From the NCBI RefSeq assembly GCF_009914755.1, contig NC_060928.1: a stretch of DNA of 64,000 bases. One strand, 5' to 3'. The stretch comes from the human T2T-CHM13v2.0 reference genome, Homo sapiens. This document shows positions 57,497-64,000 of this stretch, piece after piece. How positions within the stretch are numbered: position 1 is the first letter of the stretch; the number at the start of each line of letters is the position of its first letter. Position numbers and translations under genes: made by a program. Below the pieces are notes generated by a model, which was given only the letters and a program-made list of their open reading frames with translations, was not told the origin of the DNA and did not search any database.

Positions 57497-57916
57497 TGAT
57501 ACACTTTGTATATTTGTCCCCTCTAAATCTCATGTTGAAATGTGATCCCTAATTTTGGAAGTGTGGTCTAGTGGGAGGGGTTTGGATCATGAGTGTCAGT
57601 CCCTCATGAATGGATTGGTGTCCTCCCTCCAGTAATGAGTGAATCCTCACTCTATGAGTTCATGCCAGATCAAAAAGAGCCTGGCGCCTCCTCCCCTCCA
57701 TCTTGCTCCCCTCTCCCCATGTGACATGCCTGCTCCCCCTTCTCCTTTCTCTGTAATTCATGATTTTAAGCTTCCTGAAGGCCTCACCAGAAGCTGAGCA
57801 GATACCAGCACCATGCTTGTGCAGCTTGTACAACTGTGAGCCAAATAAACCCCTTTGCTTTCTGAATTACTCAGTCTCAAGTATTCCTTTATAGCAACAC
57901 AAAACATACCAACACA
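57497..57916 (+). mobile_element. MSTB-type solo LTR (ERVL-MaLR)
   Basis: aaatctcatgttgaaatgtgatcc...aagcttcctga..cctcaccagaagctgagcaga...ttcctttatagcaac; 5-bp TSD AAGCC. Confidence 0.92.
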
Positions 57917-57984
57917 AAGCCTAACATCAACCGGTTGTTTTGAATTGTTATTACATCTAAGAAATGCATTACATAGAAAAATGG

Positions 57985-58150
57985 CCCCTGCCTAAACATT
58001 GTCTTATTTTCTCCATTTAACAACTCTGTGAGGTAGCCGTTAATAACACCATTTCTACAGATGAAAGCCATTGACACTACAGACCAAATACTATAAATGG
58101 TAAATGGGGATGTGAACAAAGATGAGTCTGCCTCCAAAGTCGATCCTCTC
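57985..58150 (-). mobile_element. MIR fragment
   Basis: caactctgtgaggtag...ccatttctacagatgaa. Confidence 0.65.
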
Positions 58151-58308
58151 TCCCAACCTCTGCAATGCCTCAATAAAATGTCTTTAGTTTCAAGATAATT
58201 TTTTAAAGAACTGAAATAGCAGATGTCCCTAATTAAAAGAAAAAAATGATCTAAGAAAGTATACTTTGAGAATATACAAATTCTGGTTTAGAAAAGCTTA
58301 ACAGGAAA

Positions 58309-58314
<6 letters not shown>

Positions 58315-58367
<53 letters not shown>
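58315..58367. repeat. (CA)21 microsatellite with short interrupted extension
   Basis: Read directly from the sequence. Confidence 0.95.
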
Positions 58368-59818
58368 TGCAGTTTGTCCTGTGGGTTGGGAATAGTTATG
58401 CCTAAGAATTTTCTCTGGCCAAGCCTAAATAAAAACTATAATTGCCAACCTTTTTCTACTTTTCTGTTGTTCTAAAAGTGCATGGTTTGGTAGATGGTTC
58501 TTTTGTTTGGGAAATATAATCAACAATTTTGAATATGCCAAGGTAGGCTGGAGTGTAGTTGTTACAGACCGAAAGTTAAATTTCACTACATAATCAAGTA
58601 ACAAAAATTTGTAACTCTGAGGAGACAGGTAGAAGTGGAGATGAAAAATGGATTGTTAACTGAGAATGAACCTCTTGAATGCTATGAATGTGACTAGAAG
58701 CTGGACCAAAAGAATAAGACAACCAATAAGACAGTCTCTATAAAGGAGCAGTCAAAAAATTTTAAGATTCCTAAGCAATTTTAAGTTGTTTTCTTCCCAT
58801 GCTGTGCTAAGCCTTCTCCTTATTTATCCCTAAGACTACAATGAAGGTCTACAATCTATAAATGCTTTGTGCCAGTAGAAAAGAAAGGAACTGCCGCATG
58901 CGTGAAATGACGCTACAAAATTAAGGGTGGCAGGGAGATAAGGGGTGGTGATCAGAATCTAATCAAGGTATCATCATGTATTCAGAACAACAGATAATCA
59001 GAGAAAAACTACCCACACCCCAGCCTCAAAAATACTGAGAATGGTGCTGAACTTCCCATAACAAATGAGATGGGATGTATTTGGTTATTAAGAGAATGCG
59101 ATTCCAGACATCCAGAGAACTTGGTGACTGTAAGTTTACTAAAAGGAGGAGGAGAAGGAGAAAGGAAAGGAAACAAAAGAAAAAAAAGAAAATTAGAAAG
59201 AGAAGAGAGAGGGTTGATAAGAAAGACAGATGCTGGGTGGGTTTTTTTCCCCTGGGTGATCAAGCCAAGACACAGAAATATGTTTTCAGTATGACACCTT
59301 TACAACGAAGCTTTTAGCTGAGTAATATTATCACTCTGAGCAAAAATCATGGTCTATTAGAACTGGAAGAGTCTTTTGAGTTCATCTAGGTAAATCCCCT
59401 CCATTGTATAAACGAAGAAAAGTGATGTCCAAACAAACACAGATAACTGTTTCTACTGATGTGCATTTCCTTGGTTGATATTTCCCCCACATATTAGCTG
59501 CCTTGTCAATATTCTTCCCTCCTCAGCAGCTATTCCCACACTTCTCATTCACACTGACAACACACACACACACAAACACACACTAGTATTTCCTTACAGT
59601 CCCAGTGCAGTGATCGATGCAATAAACTGCTTAATTGTGCAAATATTAGGTAAGGAGAAAATTGTGATGAACATGGTCCAATCCCACCACTAAGGGATCT
59701 TTAGCCTAGTGAGAAATCAGAAAATGAAAATCATTACAATGAGGGATATTTATAAATATATTGTAAGGAGCAAAGAAGACAGGGACCTGTAGTGTTGTGC
59801 CTATCTCACAAGGATTCA

Positions 59819-59819
<1 letters not shown>

Positions 59820-59860
<41 letters not shown>

Positions 59861-59876
59861 ATCTGTGTGTGTGTGT
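59820..59876. repeat. (TG)n microsatellite
   Basis: Read directly from the sequence. Confidence 0.95.
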
Positions 59877-59994
59877 ATATCTGGTTCCTAATTCAGTTCC
59901 TGCACAAAGTATGCATTCAGCTAAACATTGTTCATGTGTACTGAATTGGGAAGGACAGAATCTTTTGTTTTATAACCTCCTCCACCCAAACATG

Positions 59995-61010
59995 GAAACA
60001 TTCATTCATTCAATGGCTAACATATGCTAAGTACTATAGCAGGCATTGAGAATATAATCCTGGACAAAATGTACCCAGCTCCAGCTTACAAGTTTTAATA
60101 TACTATAAATATTAGAAAGTAGCATACAATTAACATATGGTGTGATAAGTGTTACAATGACATCAAGAGCAAGGGCAGAGTGCCCTCTAGTATGACAAAA
60201 TGGCACAGACCTCAAAAGACTCATGGTTTTCAGGAAGATAGGAAGTATCTTTGGGCATTTATGACTCTGACTGTAAGTTTACCTACAGAGAGGTGAGAGA
60301 ATGAACTGCAATAGAAGTGAGCCAATTAATACAAGAAGGTAGAGGCAATATTTACAGAAGATTATGGTGAACACAGCTTAAATCTTCATGAGATGCTGTT
60401 GGGTTGGGGGTCGGGGGGTGTTCCACATGAGCCAGTGAAGAGATCGAGGAAGCAGAGGAGTGCTGGGAAGTTGGGTCAAAAAAGAAGAAAAACAAAGAAT
60501 GGATGAGACAGTGAAAAAGGATACATCGTAGTTACTCTGACAGTAAGAAAAGTGCCAAGCAATTCCATTCACCCTGACCACTACTGCCCTGATACAAGTT
60601 ATCACCTTCTCTTCCTAAATTACTTAATAACTTCCAAATTGACCCTTTACTCCAGATTTTTATGCTTGCCCACGTTATATAGTCTCTACACAAAAGCCAG
60701 ATTATATTTTTTAAATAAATCAGATTGCTTTATTTCCATGCAAAATCTTCCAGAGTCTTCTCAGCATATACTCCAAACTGCTTTTCATGATCTGCAAAGC
60801 TGTGCTGCGGAATCAGTCCCCTTGCTAGCCTCTCCAGTTGATCCACTCTGCCCCACTAGATCCCCTTACAGCCACCCAGGCCTTCTTGCTGCTCCTTCAC
60901 CAGGCTGACCTGGTCCTCACTCAGGGCCTTTCCGCTTCCTATCCCCTCTGCCTAGACGCACCTGCCTCCGGTCCTGGCATGGCTGCTTCTTTCTCATCGT
61001 TCACATCTCC
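59995..61010. mobile_element. L2 fragments (minus strand ~59995-60200, plus strand ~60570-61010)
   Basis: cattcattcattcaa tail; ggccttcttgctgctcctt...ctcagggcctttccgctt. Confidence 0.55.
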
Positions 61011-62210
61011 AGCCTTTGAGCCTTAAGAGAAATAGCTTAAGAGAACTAGCTCAAAAACAATAAAGAGAAAATAGCCCCACTATTCAATTGTATTCAATGA
61101 ATAGATATAGAAAACTAGGACTGGATGTGGTTACTAATTACTTCAAAACAATTCTAATTACTAAAACTAAAGGAAATGTTGTAGAAGGCGATTAATTTGT
61201 AAAGAAAGAAGCAGTTTCAAAGAAAACTCTAAGCCATTTTCATCAAGCCATCTTTTAAAATGAAATATGAAAGCAAATATTCTTTTTCTAAATTCTATTC
61301 AGTATCATTAGAGTGACCAACATTTGCTACTAGTTGCTCATAAAAATAACCTATAAAATTCCCAAAACTGGATGATGATGCAACAGGTAAACTCACACAC
61401 CAAGAGACAAAAGATCATATCAGTGAGAAAATATCTATTCATCATTTACTAATACATGTAACGAACTGGGGACAAAGAGATGGAAAAAAAAAATCCATTC
61501 TTGCACTTATGCAGCTCATAGTGCTGAAAAAGAAGACAGAAAAGCAGTAAACAGGGATATTGGGGTTTGGGGGAACAGAGCCACCAGTGGGAAGACAGCT
61601 GTGTGTGGTGGGGAAGGAAATAGTAAAAAAGACTGCCACTGGGAATTGCTGATGTCTATTCCTGAGAAGAAATGGCCCCTCTTCTAACAAGCTACATCAG
61701 TTAAAATATTATTCTTTATTCATTTAAAGCCCTGCTTAATATGCCACACCAGCCAAGCAGCCTAGCCTAAAATCCACAGAGAAGCCACTCAATATGTTGG
61801 CCAAACGAATAGCTAACAATTTTTGCTCTCTGCAAAGCGCTCCATATAAAAGTTAAAATTTCAATAGCACACAGTCAAGTGTTTATTCGTGGGCAGCCGA
61901 ATAGTTTCAACCTACAATTTGTATTCTTGAAATCAGGTCCTTTTATTCTGCGTAAAATCATTTACCCACTTATTCATCAATCATTTCTTGAACACCTGTA
62001 ATATAGAAGGCACTCTTTTAGTTATTGGACATACTAAAGTAAGAAAAATACCCTGCTTTCCTAGTTCTCAAAATTCAGTGGGGAAAAAAATGTTTTTAAA
62101 TAAATTGTACCTAAAGTAACAAGGAAAATGGTGGTGGTAAGAGCCATGCAGAGAATTAAAATGGTGTGATGTGAAAAAGACAAGGTAGCTCCTTTAGGGG
62201 TCACAGAAGG

Positions 62211-62660
62211 TGTCTTAATTTTTATTCCCCCAGAAGTAGATCTTGCAACAAGATTAAAATGCAAAAAGTTTATTAGGGAGGGGGAAGAAATGTCGGTCAG
62301 GAAAAATTGGGCAATGAAATGAAGTAACCAGTGAAGGGTCCCTTATCATGAACAACCACCATTGTGAGCAACTTCAGTAAATCCCACTGGGAAGATTCTG
62401 GGACACATTTCTGAGCTATGCACCTAAGGGGTGGGGAAGCTTTGGGATAGTTATACACCAAATACTATTGGTCACTAGTTCAGAACTAAAAGGGGAGAAG
62501 GATTCCCCAGTTAAGTCTGGGCAATCTTTTTGCTGCCCTCTTTTTGCTGGGCAGCAAAAAAGAGGCTCAAGCCAGGAAGAGACAGGATGCAGGCAAAGAA
62601 ATACAGGTGCTGGCAGCTGTCCTCACACAGTGAAAGAGTCAGGGCAGCACATAGGGCTGG
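62211..62660 (-). mobile_element. LTR33/LTR16-like ERVL LTR
   Basis: tgtctta...ttcccccagaagtaga...tgcaaaaagtttattagggag resembles a reverse ERVL LTR 3' end. Confidence 0.55.
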
Positions 62661-62849
62661 GCCTGCAGGAGGCTTCAGGAAGGAGGAGAACTTTATGCTG
62701 GAATCTAAATTGAAAGAATAATCAGAGATAAAAGATTCCAGACTGAGGAAATCATGAGAACAGGATGGACTGAAAAACTTGCCAGACAAGCTGGAGCTCC
62801 ATGTGTTTTCAGGAAGGAAATGTCAGTTGGCCAAAACTGTATGGGCAAA

Positions 62850-63400
62850 GGCAAAAACTAGTATATAATCTTGTCAGTAAAGCAGGTAAAGGCCAGATCA
62901 CCAAAGGCTTCAGAAACCAGGGTAAGAAAGGCTGGACAGGCTCTTATGTGCATTTTTTTAAAGACTCTCTGGTCAAAGTGAATAATGGCAATCATGAGTG
63001 GAAGCAAACAATTCAGGATGCTCAAGATGCTACTGTGGTGTAGTAGTGGTGGTGGTAGTCAATATGAAGGAAGTTCACTGGCTTGTTGATGAACTGGGAT
63101 GCAATCAGGGCAGATACAGAACCACTGAGACTTTCTTCATTAGCAACTCTGCACATGGTACTGGCGGGTACCTTTAAGAAGGCAGAAGAATAGGGGAAAA
63201 GCACATTTGAGGAAAGAAAATGAAGAGTTTGTTTTGGTCATGTTGAAATTAAGATGCCTATGAGATCTCTGCAGATAGATAATTATACAGGTTTGGAATT
63301 AGAGAGAAACATCAGAACTCTAGATATAGATACATGGAGATCATCTACATACATACAGTATTTGAAGGCAAGAGATTGGCTGTAGTGTCCTAGAGGCAGT
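62850..63400 (-). mobile_element. L2 fragment
   Basis: ggccagatcaccaaaggc...gttttggtcatgttgaaattaagatgcct. Confidence 0.7.
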
Positions 63401-63435
63401 ATTATTCTAAAAAAAAAAAAAAAGAGAGAGACGGG

Positions 63436-63738
63436 GGATGGGCATGAGGGCTCATGCCTGTAACTCCAACGCTTTGGGAGGTCGAGGCGGGTAGACTGCC
63501 TGAGCCCAGTAGTTTGAGACCAGCCTGGGCAACAGGGTGAAACCCCGTCTCTACAAAAAAATATAAAAATTAGCCAGATGTGGTAGCACATGCCTGTAAT
63601 CCCAGCTACTCAGTAGGTTGAGGTGAGAGGATCACCTGAGCCTGGGAAGGTCAAGGCAGCAGAGAGCCATGATCACACCACTGCACTCCAGCCTGGGTGA
63701 AAGTAAGATCTGTCTCAAAAAAAAAAAAAAAAAAAAAA
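63436..63738 (+). mobile_element. AluJ-like SINE
   Basis: cctgagcctgggaaggtcaaggcagcag plus poly-A. Confidence 0.93.
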
Positions 63739-64000
63739 AGACAGAAAGACAGGGATCCACTACACTACACTATTGACTAATGTCAATAATCTTTTCTTGT
63801 CTGACAGTAATCACTACTACAGCTAATTCATTCTTTTGTTCATTCAATGAATGCTTATTTAATATCAAATCAATTTACTGCATTACACTGGAAACTGTGG
63901 GATAAATGAATTATCATTCCTAAGTGCTTAGGATCTTAATGACCCTTAAAGGTTAAAGACTGACCATGATAGAACCAAGAAAACTCAGGAAAAAAGAGAT

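Noticed and set aside
58891-58913. Small CpG cluster with NRF1-like and half-CRE motifs
   Set aside because: Imperfect motifs, no CpG island, no other support.

Overview
This is AT-rich, repeat-rich primate genomic DNA, most likely human because it carries an AluYa5-type insertion. It is not prokaryotic, and I found no operon, CRISPR array or rRNA/tRNA gene. The window reads as introns of a gene transcribed on the minus strand. Several short candidate exons with canonical AG/GT ends (56663-56762, 41336-41418, 17096-17119, 5251-5272, plus candidate terminal exons) join into phase-consistent reading frames, but I do not recognise the gene and have no transcript evidence. Most other recognisable sequence is interspersed repeat: about 20 Alus, L1/L2/MIR fragments, five MaLR/ERVL-type LTRs, a decayed ERV1-class provirus with an intact tRNA-Leu primer-binding site, and the DNA transposons Tigger1, Tigger3/MER7, Tigger4a, MER2, MER5, MER1B and MADE1. 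Most interesting: the microexon/alternative-last-exon chain, (UG)n-flanked acceptors, a pristine 5'-truncated AluYa5, a MADE1 hairpin with the same substitution on both arms, a near-perfect RFX X-box, and several perfect palindromes. I cannot support a wholly new biological system. Repeat subfamily names are recalled from consensus sequences and are approximate.
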